A stretch of DNA of 63,990 nt, counting the filler, from Trypethelium eluteriae (Eukaryota): the NCBI GenBank assembly GCA_051942245.1. It is 3 parts of 3 records of this genome, joined end to end, with 100 filler letters (N's around TTAATTAATTAA, not from the genome) between each part and the next. Parts side by side here need not be neighbours in the genome. Positions count along the whole stretch, not along the records: positions 1 to 22,008 come from JAVECL010000450.1; 2 more parts are not named here. One strand, given 5' to 3'. The notes below the pieces were generated by a model, which worked only from the letters and a program-made list of their open reading frames with translations, was not told where the DNA came from and did no database searches. This document shows, piece after piece, positions 1 to 12,901 of the stretch. Both the position numbers and the translations under genes were made by a program. The number at the start of each line of letters is the position of its first letter. The stretch's first letter is position 1.

Positions 1-326
1 GGGCTGGGTGGTGAATGGGGTGGCGGTGGTGGCGATTGCGTTCTTCAATATCATGTTTTGTTTCCGTAAGTCCAGAAGTTTTCCTTTTTCTTTTTTCTGC
101 GCAAATGCTGATGCCCGTTGGTGGGAGTGGCTGAAACGGGGACTTTGGCTAACTTATCGGGATAGCGGCGGCTCTGCCTTTTGATGCGTCGACCATGAAC
201 TACAACAGCGTCATTTTGGTCGGCGTGATCGTGCTTACGGCATTTTGGTGGTTGGTTCATGGAATACGGAAATACCCGGGCCCGAAATTGGCGGAATTGT
301 ATATAAGCAGTGGGGAGCATCTATAG
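1..326 (+). CDS. 3' end of APC-family amino acid/choline/GABA permease (partial)
   Basis: Splicing intron 66-165 (GTAAGT, branch GCTAAC, TAG) gives GWVVNGVAVVAIAFFNIMFCFPAALPFDASTMNYNSVILVG...WWLVHGIRKYPGP, a typical Hnm1/Uga4-like C-terminus; stop 324-326. Confidence 0.85.
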
Positions 327-1160
327 GAGACTTCTTGCACAACGCGAAATATACGCACTGTCAATAAAAGAAATGAAACTATCGGATTACTTCAGAGATA
401 GGAACAGGGTCTAATATATACTGTCTATTTAATCTATGCTGCTCATGTGATGTGTGCGTTCAATGCAATCTGTAGTGACCGTGTTATACTGCCCGTGCAA
501 TCAGTAGTCCCCATGTAATCAATACTGTCCATATAATATGTTATGCCCATGCAGTCTGTAGTAATCATGTAACCTGTCCCGCCAATGTCTACCCCCGATC
601 TTTTTTTCCTTTTTTTCCTTGTTTTTATTCCTTTTCTCCTTTTTTTTTTTTATTTTGATTCTGATTTTGTTCTCTTGACTTGGAATTAAGAGCTTCATTG
701 TGCTCTAAAAAAGCAGCAGTAATCAATTCCATCTCCGAAGCCCTCCATGTGACATTTCCGACTGGATCCCAGGAGCTGCTCTGCAGACCTGCAGAGGGTG
801 GATAAGAGGCTAGCTGGATGTGGTAGTAGTCGACGCGTTGATACACCCAATGTCAGCCATTCGATCGAGTAAATGCTGTGACCACACAGTATCAAAGTCG
901 TTCTCGCTGTGGTTTCCCACATGCCGACTTTGGCTAAATCCTCTAATTAGCGTACGATGAAACTGCGAAAAGGCGGTGCAGGCCAGTATTAGATCTCACA
1001 TACTGAGTCAGTCCTATCCTCCGAACTATATGTGCGTGCACAATGCCTGGTAGTTAATGCCGCTAGTCGCCGTGATCTGTCTGATCTCGCCAATTTCCCA
1101 ACTGTTAACCAAAGTGAGTCATAATCTTCATGTTGACAAATACTTTTTCTTTTCATTTAC

Positions 1161-1796
1161 TTACAATTGTGCAAGTTGAATACGGTGCAAAGCCAGTCTG
1201 AAATGGGTTCCAGTATCGGTGTGTACTACTCGTAACGTAGGGACGTAGTGGAAGGATTGGAGCATTTGTGCCGCAGCGAGGCGGAACCTCCCCTTGTGTA
1301 GTTGCTGGGACCTTGGCTTTTTAGGATCTTCCAAGGCACGAGCATCGAAGGTGATGATTTGGAGTGCTGGAAACGCGTTGCGTAGACGACCGTAATCCAC
1401 CCTTACCACACGCCTGTTGTTGGAAAAACGTGTGAAGACAAGTTGCTTGATCTGCCAGGTTATCGACCTGTCGATCAGGGCCATGTTGAACACGAGATGG
1501 CGCTCTCTTAGGCGAAGTGGTAAGGCAAACGCGCATTTCCGGTGCAAGACCGCTGCAGCTTCTAGGGAAACCTGGGAGTTTTTGTCTCCGATATTAAGAT
1601 CAGGCCTATGACCAGAAATGCCGATGACTGTCTTTCCACATGGGTCATCGTAGTTCTGCGACCAGTCACTGCTGAGTCCCTCGAAATAATAGCCCCAAAT
1701 CTGTTGACGAAGCTCCAGTGGGAGCTTTGAGAACCTCGTGAAGGTAGGCAGTTTGAGTGGGAGCGACGAGGTTGGGTATCTGATGGCTAAGCTCAT
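1161..1796 (-). CDS. 2EXR/F-box-like domain protein
   Basis: MSLAIRYP...FTRFSKLPLELRQQIW matches the FxxFxxLPxELRxxIW motif; ATG at 1796 preferred over the upstream ORF start. Confidence 0.7.
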   Translation of the reverse strand: MSLAIRYPTSSLPLKLPTFTRFSKLPLELRQQIWGYYFEGLSSDWSQNYDDPCGKTVIGISGHRPDLNIGDKNSQVSLEAAAVLHRKCAFALPLRLRERHLVFNMALIDRSITWQIKQLVFTRFSNNRRVVRVDYGRLRNAFPALQIITFDARALEDPKKPRSQQLHKGRFRLAAAQMLQSFHYVPTLRVVHTDTGTHFRLALHRIQLAQL

Positions 1797-1957
1797 GTTT
1801 ATGATGAGAAGATGATTCAAAGATGGCTGATCAAGTTGTGACTGTTTTTGAGATGAAGAAGTGGTAGTGGAAGTTTTAGGGAGTGAGTACGACATATGGG
1901 TCACTCGCATCATAGGTGTGGCACGGACCAAGGCAACAACGACTGAACTCTGGCTAT

Positions 1958-2146
1958 GATACCTCACGGCGGCTGGGGGGTGCTTCAACAGGTAATTAAT
2001 ATAACGTTACCTCAGTTTAACTGTTATGATCATGTTGACCCATGTTAAGGCGGTGTTAACATGGACCAACAAGGTCAGAACAGTAAAGTCGAAATAACAT
2101 TGTATTAATTACCTGTTGAGGCACCCCCCAGCCGCCGTAAGGTATC
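1958..2146. mobile_element. Foldback MITE-like element (~190 bp imperfect palindrome)
   Basis: Arm 1958-2048 is the imperfect reverse complement of arm 2056-2146; outer ~45 bp nearly identical (GATACCTCACGGCGGCTGGGGGGTGCTTCAACAGGTAATTAAT); TA at 1960-61 and 2143-44 could be the TSD. Confidence 0.75.
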
Positions 2147-2571
2147 TTATGAAAGAATATGACCGCTGCTCTGGACGACATGAGTGACTTCAAAAGAGCG
2201 CCAATTTTGGAATTCAGACGAAGCTTAAACCAAACAAGCTCAATGAAGGAAGTGCTAGGAAATGCTAACTATTACACTTACATTGAGATACATTTAGTCT
2301 TACAAGGCAAAGTTGCTACCGCCGTATCACAGCGCGTTACTCGTTATGAAAGAGGCTTACCTCCTATGATTTGACGACTAACCTTCATTCGTGCTCAACG
2401 TCACCATTCTCGAAGAAGGGATGGGTCAAACGACATGGAGATGCCAAGATGACATCCTTTGCATACCCAAGAGGCTGAATAGTTCCGGCACGAATCACCC
2501 TGTCATGCCTACGAGATCTTCAGAATTGGGGCGCTTGCAAAATACTCGAACATCCAGGATGTAAAGGGTGT

Positions 2572-3991
2572 TCAAGACACGTCGGGTTCTTGAAGAGGCG
2601 TCAAATACCTCATACAAGCTTCGATTTCGCCCGTCATCGGATCCATGAGGCACCAATAATGTGTGCTCTCGTTCGAGATAGGCCATGTCACCATGATGCT
2701 GGCAACAAGAGTGTCCGTCAACGGATCTTGGTCTCCATTCTTGTCCCGCTGTTTACGACGGTGCCTCTTCTTGGCCTGCTTCCACATTTCCTCCAAAGAC
2801 GCCATGCGTCCGACGGATTCCTCGAGGTAGTCGTCCCCAGCCAAAGGAGACGCAAGCTTACCAAGGCTGACCTTGTCATGCTCTTGCCGCTGACTGACTA
2901 GATGAAGATCATCCTGGTCATGGTTGGTCACCGCGATGAAAGATCTCGACGAGCGAATTCTGGCCGTGACACGATCTTTCTCCATGACGATCGTCCGCTT
3001 GCCGTCACTGAAGATGAGATAACAAGCTATGCTTGGTACTTGCGGGAGTTCTTTCATGATTTTTGCAAGAGCATTTGTGGTCTTACACCCGCTACGGCAA
3101 GCTTCGTTTCCATGCGCCTTGGGTCCAGGCTTGGATAGGATATAGCCTCGAAGAATGTGCGACATCGAAGGACACCGACCTAGGAGCACAAGAAGACAGT
3201 GGAAGTAATATTGGGCATTTGAGGCGGATGAGGTCGAGTCGTTGTGCTTATATCGGGCATTGAAGGAAACGCTAAGACCTTTCCTGCGGTCTAGTAAGGA
3301 CCTGCGTGGGATGGGAGCTTTTGAATGAAAAAGGAATCGCCTACCGAACACCAGTAAGCATTCCTAAAAAGCCCACATAAGTGATGCTCCGAGCAGCGAC
3401 ATCCCCTTGTCGTCCATCAACGAATTCGAGTTGCACAACAATCTTCCGCAGAGGCTCCATGTGCCAGTCAACCGTACGAAAGTGCAACATCCTACCCTTT
3501 GACGCACCACCCTCCACACGAGCTCCTCCACTGGTACATCCCATAAGGGAGTCGAGGACGACATTGAAGCAGATAAGGAGATGCATTGCTATGCCAGTGA
3601 CATCGTGAATGCCGCGAAGCTCTTCCGTCTCCTCCTCGCTATACAGTCGCCGGAGGAGGATTTGAGACAATTTCTTGATGAGATTTTTGTAAAACTCGCT
3701 TTTACTGACGAACTCTTCTAATAGATCATTGAGAATTCCAGTGAAGCCTTTTAATTGATCTTTGTAATCATGTGCCAGGACCTTGTACCTTTCTCTCGGA
3801 GATAAAGATAGATCTATACGATATATGGGTGGAACATCGGCATCAGGAACCTGCGAAGATGCGAACGTTTGTATTGAATCAACTGAATATGTTCCAGGAG
3901 CTACCTGGTCTACACCGTTTGCGGGACTTTGACATGAGGCTGACAAGTCCTGGGCAGCTTTGGCGGACTGGCCCCGTGTCTTTGGGGTCAT
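2572..3991 (-). CDS. Acid ceramidase / N-acylethanolamine acid amidase-like Ntn hydrolase
   Basis: Two ORFs joined by intron 3284-3344; G|CTSGG nucleophile Cys site, HFRTVDW, GMLTGVRKGLSVSFNAR, VTNHD. Confidence 0.85.
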
Positions 3992-6203
3992 TTCTGTACT
4001 GTGCGAGGTTGGAAAGATATTGCATCTGAAAAGAAAACAAAAATAAAAAAAATATTAAATTTGGTTGAGAGATTTTCAGCCTAGCGAATACTAAAAGAAG
4101 CCAGCTAGACGGATCGCTACCGATCTTTGTCTAATAGTCAGATTCGCACGCATTCAAGGTTCTCAACTTGTCGTTCCGAGCGACCTCTGGGAAGGCGCGG
4201 AGGTTAAATACCGGCGACTTCCCCCTTTCAGTGGCACTGTGGCACAAATTGCTTACTACTACCCCTGTTGGTACTTGGGTCCTCAGCTGATCTATGCGCC
4301 GGATTCCGTTAAGGCAGAAGCAACATTTTTGCGTACCACGGCACGTGGCTTGCGGGTTCAGAGGTTTTCAAATAAAATTCCATTCTTTAATGGAACCATG
4401 TATCGTAGATCTGGAACTTTAGGTAGCGAGTTGCATTTTCAAATGGTAAATTGAGCAGGAGGTTGATGCTATTAATGGGTCGAACTCAGTGCGAAAGACG
4501 AGCCAAGTTGTGGGGACCAGAGAGGTAGGCGTTATTTTTGGTAGGGATCTGCCGGCCTACGCGGCACAGAAAAGGGACTGTCGTACCTTGTGAATGTCTA
4601 TTTTTCTCGTTGTATTGGATCTTTGTATATGTTATTATCCCTATTGAGTCCGTTGAGTGGATTTTTAGCATCGGGCTCAGAGCTCCACGGAGCCTCTTGA
4701 CAGGTGGGGAAGTGTAGAGGTGCAAGATTGAACAATCGGATCGGGCACCTAGCAACTGGAAGTCCCATCCCTCAGGTAAACCTGGGGCACCCCGCGTGCC
4801 TCACGTGCCTCAGAGCCATGGTGGCCATCGCCCCATCACCCATGTCCCTGGACTCATGCAGCATTACATCATCAAGAATACATAGCACTCTGCGTGATCG
4901 CGCTCTTTTGCCTCAACCTCCTCTCTTCTGTTCCTGTTCGTCAATTTGCAAAATATAGTGTCGCCTTGTCAAATCCCAGATTTACGAGCCATGTGCACGT
5001 ACCTCTACCTGTATCTACCATGGTCTTGAATCGAAAGTCCGGTTACTGGAATATTGCCGCAGTCATGGGTCCTGGGACCAAAGGCACAACTCAGAAGTCG
5101 CTAACATCAATTTTCTCCCACCAGTCACTTCCTGAAATGCTCGTTGAGGAAGTCGTCCCGTGCCATAAATCCTCTATGGCATGGGCAGCAATTGCAACAT
5201 CCATCCGACACGCTGCTGAATGCAAACTACGTGTAGTAACCCAGACATCGGAATAAAGATCGCGAGGTTTGTACTGACGAAGGGCTGGTTTTCTATTTCA
5301 AATGATTTATCCAAAGTGCCTGATTCACAAGACTAAGATAAATCCTCGGAATTACCAACTATTCTGATTTCAGACAGACGACAGCAACCCAGGGATTTTG
5401 CATATGGAATATCTTCTTTCCGGCATTGAGCCGCTATGGCTTGACTTGTGGACGTTCTACGTCCCTCTCTCCCATCCCACCTATCAGCGCGATAGCGCGG
5501 TGCTGCTCCAAAGTTTATTTCTTAGATATGGCAATGGCCTTATTATCGTAGCTGCTCTTTCTCTAATTTATGAATAGTATACTCCAATCGTGAAGTTATC
5601 TAAATTCCTAGTTACGTCATCCGTCTCTCAGAACCGAACACACGAGTCGACATTGTGACTCTCGACACTCTCGTTAAGCTATACTAATTCACGCTGAACA
5701 CATTGATCCATTGTGTAAAGATTTGCATCGTGCGGTCCGTGAGCTTAGTATTCCATAAGTAAGCAGTACCTGCGCCTCGACCGATTCCGCTTCTCATCAC
5801 ACTCAAAGCATCGAATGCCCATAGTTATTTTCAGTCCTCATCATTGCAAGAGATCAGAAACCTACCGGATCAAGAATGTGCTTTCCGTGCTGCTGGCCAT
5901 TTGCTGATGCTTGGCTCGAAGATCCAGACCCACCTCCACGGCCAAGGAGGCGCAGACGGATTATTTATGTTCGACGCCCCTCCATGGTGAGTTCTTACCT
6001 TCCCACCCACACCTTATGCATGTCGCTGGATACCTCTGTGACCTGTGATCTCGCCACGGCTTCGTGATCCACGGCTTCGTGATCCACCGCTTCCCAACCC
6101 CACTTCACCTCACTTCCATTCATCAGTTTTTGTTGCACTAGACAGAACCCGTCCCGGACTACATTGTTTCACTATCCTCTTTGATCTCTACGGATCCATC
6201 AAA

Positions 6204-6896
6204 ATGCAAGCTACCGGCGGAGCTGTTGACTACAACGACTATCGCCGCCGTCAGCGCACTGCTTCGCCTGCGGCCTCGGCTACAAGTGATGGCTCTCATA
6301 CCTACCATTATGTTCCCGCTCCCACAGCACCTCCCTCCGAATCATCTGGAGCCGGTACTGATGGGCAACCTCCGCCGCCGCCCGAGCAGCCGCAGTACTA
6401 CTTTGTCGCTGCCTCTCCAGTTGCTTACTCTGCATACCATCAGGCGTACATTCCCTACTCTCCGCCGTCCGAGCCCGCTCAAAACCCGCAGAGCTACTAT
6501 TGCATGCCTGCTATAGCCGCTCCCAAGCAAGCTGAGACATCTTCAAAGCCACAGTCCTACTACCACTACCCAACTTCCCACGAAAACGACCAACCGCCTC
6601 AGGTCTATTACGCCAACAATCCCAACAGCCACGAGCACAACTGGTTCGGACGTACCGCTGCTCAAGTCGCCGAGGATAACCAAACCACTGCTGTGCGTGA
6701 GGGTGTTTATGGACGCAATGCCTTCGTGCCGAAGGATCCAAAGGATGATCAATTGTTTTGGGTAGTCGAACCCGACGGCAAGACGACTGTACTGAGGACC
6801 TTCGACACGATTGACAACATGGGATGGGAGGGGGAATGGAAGCTCGATGACCGGCACGGAAACCTCTACTTTCAGCGCAAGAAGGAAGAGAAGTGA
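6204..6896 (+). CDS. Pro/Tyr/Gln-rich fungal hypothetical protein
   Basis: Long ORF with ATG in AAAATG context; low-complexity N-half and globular-looking C-terminus (WFGRTAAQVAEDN...LFWVVEPDG); 5' structure uncertain. Confidence 0.65.
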   Translation: MQATGGAVDYNDYRRRQRTASPAASATSDGSHTYHYVPAPTAPPSESSGAGTDGQPPPPPEQPQYYFVAASPVAYSAYHQAYIPYSPPSEPAQNPQSYYCMPAIAAPKQAETSSKPQSYYHYPTSHENDQPPQVYYANNPNSHEHNWFGRTAAQVAEDNQTTAVREGVYGRNAFVPKDPKDDQLFWVVEPDGKTTVLRTFDTIDNMGWEGEWKLDDRHGNLYFQRKKEEK

Positions 6897-7938
6897 GGAC
6901 CTTCAGATATTGATACCTGAAAGGGGGAGATCAGACACGACGACTTTACGATGCCATGTTAAATACGGACAACGGATGGACTATGGAATAATGTCCTGCT
7001 TTTGATCTTGAGGTCCGACCATATGGGTTGATGCTTGCTGCAGCTATGATAACGATTGCTTGAAGGTCGATGAGAGGGCGTGGACAACAGCGAGCAGAAG
7101 GCATTGCCATCTATTACAGAAGTAAGATGGCTCGAGAATTCTGTCAATTTGTGGTTCGACAAGCAGAATGAGATAGAGAGAGAGAAATACTAGCATATTA
7201 CATTTTACAGCAGCTCAGCTACGAGATACTGAGCAAACACTAATAATACTAATATCCTCAATATCGTTTTGACGCGGCCGTGATCTTGCTAAGTATTAAG
7301 GCTTCCCGTATGAGCTGCTGTTACTACCCACCGTATCACTGCCAAGTTCGCATTGCTCAGCCTCATTTCAAGCCTTTTATAAACCAACAGTACTATGATT
7401 TATCAGTAATGTTGAAATGGTTCATAAACACAAAGAAGTAGGCTTACGCAGAGATTACAGCCCTACGCAGAGAATAGGCCCCAGGAAGAGATTATAGAGC
7501 TCCACGCAGAGATTAGTGACCTATGCAGACACCACAGATCTGGCAGAGATGAGGGGCCAGTATGGGAAACTCATACTGTATTAGGTAGCTTAGAAGCTTT
7601 CAATAGTGAAGGTGAAGTACCTCTAGCTCAAGGTTGTGTGGTTGCGTCGATGCGGCCGCACCACCCGCATCCAGGACGCCTAACTTGTCGTGCTTGTTTT
7701 TCTGGGCATGCAATAAGCAGTGCAGCTGCCATGCTGCGCCACGCGCTCTTACAGCCAAATCTCCGCTGTCACCAGCGCTGCCTTATACGTGCCTGTGGCT
7801 GCATTTGTCTTCCGGGTCTCGCCGAGCTTATTTCGTGATGCACAAGTAGAAAAAGGAGCAACAGGTCTGACCATCGTAGGCCTTGAATTTTGGACAGCCA
7901 TCAGTGGCAAGGCAAGACAAGATCCTCTTCAAGTCATC

Positions 7939-8731
7939 ATGCATCTCGTTCTTACCGGGGCCACTGGTCTTGTCGGCGGCTGTGTCCTCCAAGCCATGCT
8001 AACCAAGGAAAGCGTCACAAAGATCTCGATCATCAGTCGAAGGCCGGTCGCCATGGCAGAAGGGCACGAGAAAGTCCAGGTGTTCATCCAGAGGGATTTC
8101 TCCTCAATTGAGTCTTCAACACTTGAACAACTAAAGGGCGCACATGGATGTGTTTGGGCATTGGGAATCTCGATGAGTCAAGTTGGGAAGGAGTATGAAA
8201 GACATCAAGTTTTTTGACATCATATTCTGACCGTCCACTAGTGAATATGTCAAGATCACTGAAGAATATGCACTGAACGCTGCGAAACAATTTAGTACCC
8301 TTTCCGATACCTTCAACTTCGTCCACGTCTCTGGTGAAGGAGCCACCGACAAACCCGGTCGTTTCACGGCTCTGTTTGCGCGGATCAAAGGTCGTACGGA
8401 AGCAGGGCTTTTAGAGCTCCCTACACAATATCCCAGCCTCAAAATCTATAACGTGCGACCAGGAGGTGTTGATGCCAAGAACCAGCCAGCTATTCATCCC
8501 TTCATCCCGAAATACCCAAGTCTCCTGAAGAAGGGGGAGGCGATGCTATTTCCTCTAATAAGGGCAACGTATCCTTCGATGATCAGTCCAACGAAAGAGC
8601 TTGGTGACTTCATGGTTGATCTTGCGTCGGGGGATGGAAAGCCGCTTGAGGGACCAGGCATAGAAGCTGGAGGTCGAACAATCTCAAACAGAGCGATAAG
8701 GCGCATCGCAGGTTTCAAGAGTGGCATATAA
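7939..8731 (+). CDS. NAD(P)-binding Rossmann-fold protein (atypical SDR/epimerase, Fmp52-like)
   Basis: MHLVLTGATGLVG dinucleotide-binding motif; intron 8193-8241 joins to the FVHVSGEGA and RPGGV frame. Confidence 0.85.
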
Positions 8732-9231
8732 GAAAATTTTCTAGCAAGGCGCATCTCAAAATATATCCCGGTTCATGGAAAATTGCTTGCCCTATCACCA
8801 ACCTCGGCGAAGATCTGGGGAACCGAGCCACCCGAGCCTTGACCCCGCGCAAAATGATCTTCCCTGTTTTCGTACTTAGATCGCCAACTCCACATCTCCG
8901 GCTTTTTCCCAGGAAGCCATCTCTTTAGCATTGTTGTTGATTGATGGAATATCTCGCTGCTGGTGGCGCAGGCCCTGCATGAGAGAATGCAGGTACACAA
9001 TGTAAAGAAAGCCGGTATTCTAATATGGCAAGTGGGCATGACTGCGCTTTTGCGGAATAAATACCATAAAAGATCATCGATGTCCGATCTCGTTCTTTTT
9101 TGATCGATTTTTCCAGATGTACCGTCTGATTTGAATCCCTCTTCCTCAAAATCCCCCCTGCCCAATCAGTTGCCTGGGAATTTTGCTTGCACTCGCGCTT
9201 CGATCACTGAGTTAATCATCAATTCGCCACC

Positions 9232-10482
9232 ATGAGGCTGTTAGGTGGAGGTTCTCTTATTTTTTCTCTTCTGTCTGTGGGCGTAAACTCTCAGGCCGCA
9301 GATACATTCACGAATGTCACGATATTCACGCCACCCTCCAACTACACTACCCCGAAAACGCTCTACGCCAGGACTTTACTCCTAAATCAGAATTGTGAGA
9401 CAGACAATGTTCTACTAAGCACATGGGAGAACTACTCACCAGAACCGCCTTCTGTGTACTTCCCCATCTATAAATCTACGAATCTCGGGGAGTCATGGCA
9501 GGAGATCTCGAGAGTTACCGACCAGGTCAATGGCTGGGGCCTCCGCTATCAGCCGTTTTTATATGAGATGCCTCAAGCGATAGGAAATTACTCCGCCGGC
9601 ACCATCCTCCTCGCCGGTAACTCCATACCAACCAATCTTTCGAACACGCAAATCGATCTCTACGCGAGCACAGACAAAGGGTAAGCCTGCAAGCTCCAAT
9701 ACACGCAAGCTACGCACTCACTTATTTGAACCAGATACACCTGGAACTTTGTCTCGCACATCGCCGCTGGAGGCGAGGCCCTCCCAGACAACGGCCTCAC
9801 CCCCGTCTGGGAACCCTTTATCCTCACCTACAACAACCAACTCGTGGTCTACTACTCCGACCAGCGCGATCCCGCCCACGGCCAGAAGCTCGTCCACCAA
9901 ACCAGCACAGATCTACGCAACTGGGCAGTCCCGGTCGACGACGTCGCCTATTCCAACTACACCTTCCGCCCGGGCATGACCACTGTCGCTCAGCTACCCA
10001 CAGGCCAATACATTATGACCTACGAATTCTATGGCGCGCCAGAAGCCGACTTCGCCGTCTACTACCGCATTTCCGAGAACCCGCTGAACTTCAACAACGC
10101 GACGGGGCAGGTGGTTCGGGCGAGCGATGGCGTGGTGCCGACGAGCTCGCCGTACATCGTTTGGAGCGAGGCGGGTGGGCCCAACGGTACGATCGTCGTT
10201 AGCTCTGGGAATGATGAGGCGATCTTTTTGAATCAGGAGTTGGGGAATTCTGCGAACTGGACAAGAGTCGATACGCCGACGGCGCAGAGCTATACGCGGA
10301 GCTTGAGGGTCCTGCCGGGGCAAGAGCAGGTGCTGATTGTAGGGGGTGGGGTGTTGAATGGGGCGAATAACAGTGTCCAGGCGACAACAGTGAATATTGG
10401 ATCGAATTCATCATCGGCCGGCGACTTTCCGCCGTTTGCCAGGTGTGAGAAGGATACGTATAGACGCAGAAGATCTATGTAA
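9232..10482 (+). CDS. Secreted GH93 exo-alpha-1,5-L-arabinanase-like BNR/Asp-box protein
   Basis: Signal peptide; LYARTLLL, STWENYS, WGLRYQPFLY, Asp-box STDKGYTW across intron 9681-9734, TPVWEPF, YYSDQRDP, RPGMTTV. Confidence 0.9.
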
Positions 10483-11603
10483 TTTCAGTAATTAAAATGA
10501 CTATTGCCGTCTCATCTAGTATTCACGGGACATGACGCGGTTACGAAAACTCTTTTTACGATCGCTGTCGTGCTTATCTTACGCTTACCACTGCCCATCG
10601 CCGATCTATCTCTAGAATTCTGTGAAGGCTTAGATCAAGGCTGTATGGTTTAGATGTTCAGTAATTCTGGATAACTTTTTGTACTCACTGCGCTCTAAGA
10701 ACGAATTTTGTCTAAAGGATGAGCCTGAAAATTGACTCATGGAGAGACACAAACAACCATTATATAGACACAGAGTTCCCTCAATGTTGGGCTGGAATCG
10801 AACCTTGAATCTCAATGTGGATTGCATCATCAACGCCCACGCTACTATGATCTGGCCAAAAGACATAGCGTACTACTTTGTCCAACCCTAAAAAAGACTT
10901 CAAGGCAGTCGGACCCGCCGACCCTCCTGTCCTCCAAAAAATCATTTTTTTACTGCTGGCACAGAAGAACACGTGGTGTGGACGTGAGAACCTGTCGAGG
11001 TTTCCTACGTAGAAACTTTCCAGGGATCCGTGACGTCACAATCGCGATGGCTGGGCACAACCGATATCCAGCCCAGCCAATATTTCGACGACTTTCGACT
11101 GCGCAGGTTCAGGTATCCAAGCGTAACTTGGCCTTTCTGATGCACAAGACACTCATCCATGGCTGTGATCCGCAGCATGTGCTGCATCCTCATACAAAAA
11201 GTAGATTCGATACAGACACCTGGACATCGGTGTCCCCAGGCCACAGTAACACCGTTCACGTTCTTGTCTGCAATCAGATCTACGTACTCTCATCTCTTCT
11301 GAGATATCTGCTTGCGAACGTTAAAGACTGTCGTAATATTACGTAGCCTTCAGTCAATTGAGAACATCCACAGGACAACGTGCTCCGCATGGCGTCATTA
11401 AGAGGTGGCAATCTTAATAATGTACTCTATAACTTGTTTGAAAGAATCTTGACAATTGGGAAATTGCAAGATATAGGCGGCTACTGCGAAACTGCTTTAA
11501 AATGGGATCAGGTATCAAAATATCCCCGAATGCTTTAGACTGATACCCAACCAATAACCTTGCACCTCTCCATAAAAAATTCCCAATTCTTCTCTGATAT
11601 TTC

Positions 11604-12901
11604 ATGCTTCATCTTCTGTTCTTGGGCACGTTGCCCTGGATTACTTATGTAACTGCAGTTAACACTCCCCCGCCCCCTCTCAATAGCTCCACCAATACCA
11701 AATACGAATGGACAGCCCTTGGCGACTCTCTGGCTTCTGGCGATGGATCTACAAAGTATGAGTCGGGCATGCGTTGCTTACGCTACAATCAAGCCTATCC
11801 AGCTCTGATAAACAAAGATTCCTATTTCTCCAAGGATCAGGTCTTTCATAATGCTGCTTGCAACGGAGCGCAGACCAGTGATGTGATACAATGGCAGCTA
11901 TTAGATCAGGACACTTCTGCTAAACCTAATGATAAATATGGTAAATTAAAAGTTGTCCGCTGCATCATGACCTAGTACTGAACACCGCAGGTTCTCGTCC
12001 CAAATTCGGTAATCCCACAATCGCGACTCTGACTGTCGGTGCTGAAAACACCGATTTTGCTGGTATCTTCTTCAGTTGTATATTGGAACAGCATATTTGG
12101 GGGGGCCCTCCAAAGTCGACTTGCGCGGACCAAAAGCTTCGTACTTGGGGCTTTTTGAACGCCCCTAAGCTGGTTGATGACATCGATCATGCCATCCAGC
12201 AAGTTGTTGCTAAAGGTCGAAAGGGTCCTATTGGGAACAGTTTCCAGCTTTTTGTCACCGGATATCCGACCTACTTCAACCAGGATGATCCGGGATGTAA
12301 TACTGTGACTTTTGCGCGGTCTGCCAACCCTAAGCCCGACGGCAAGCAGCATACCATGTTGACGACAGATTTACGGAAAGAGCTCAATGATATGACCGTG
12401 GTCCTGAACAATGCTGTTCGACAGGCAGTTACTCGCAACGCGAACGATGGTGTCAGGTTCATCGATATTGAAAGAAATATCGATGGATCAGATGCACTGG
12501 CGGGCCATCGTTTCTGTGAACCAGGCATTCAAGAGCCCGATGAACAAAACCAAAATCTTTGGCTATGGCACTATCCGTATGCGGAGGCAAACGACAAGAC
12601 TGGTGCTCACAACAGCGATTGGCAAATGAGTGTTCTACAGGATGCCTGGAACAGCTTATCTATCGATGGGGACATGAATACCCAATACCCAAACGACGCA
12701 GACCTCAGGAATGCGGTATATGGAAACATTGACAGGAGCAAACTAAAGAAAGATAGTAAAGGGGATCCTAAAGAGAGTGCGTTTTGGGCATGGGTTGGGG
12801 TACGTGCAAGACTGTTCCATCCGCAGCTTGCCTACCAAGATTTCATACACAAACGAATAACTGGTTGTATCGGAAAGAATCCGGGTGTAGACGGCTGCTA
12901 A
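11604..12901 (+). CDS. Secreted SGNH/GDSL hydrolase (SEST-like)
   Basis: Signal peptide; block I ALGDSLASG, AACNGA, GHRFCEPG, terminal LFHP; intron 11941-11990. Confidence 0.85.

Noticed and set aside
7443..7545. Possible CRISPR-like array
   Set aside because: Eukaryotic DNA, degenerate repeats, no proper unique spacers and no cas genes
12030..12060. SGNH block III reads GAEN rather than GxND
   Set aside because: Block III varies in fungal secreted SGNH proteins; catalytic Ser and His are present
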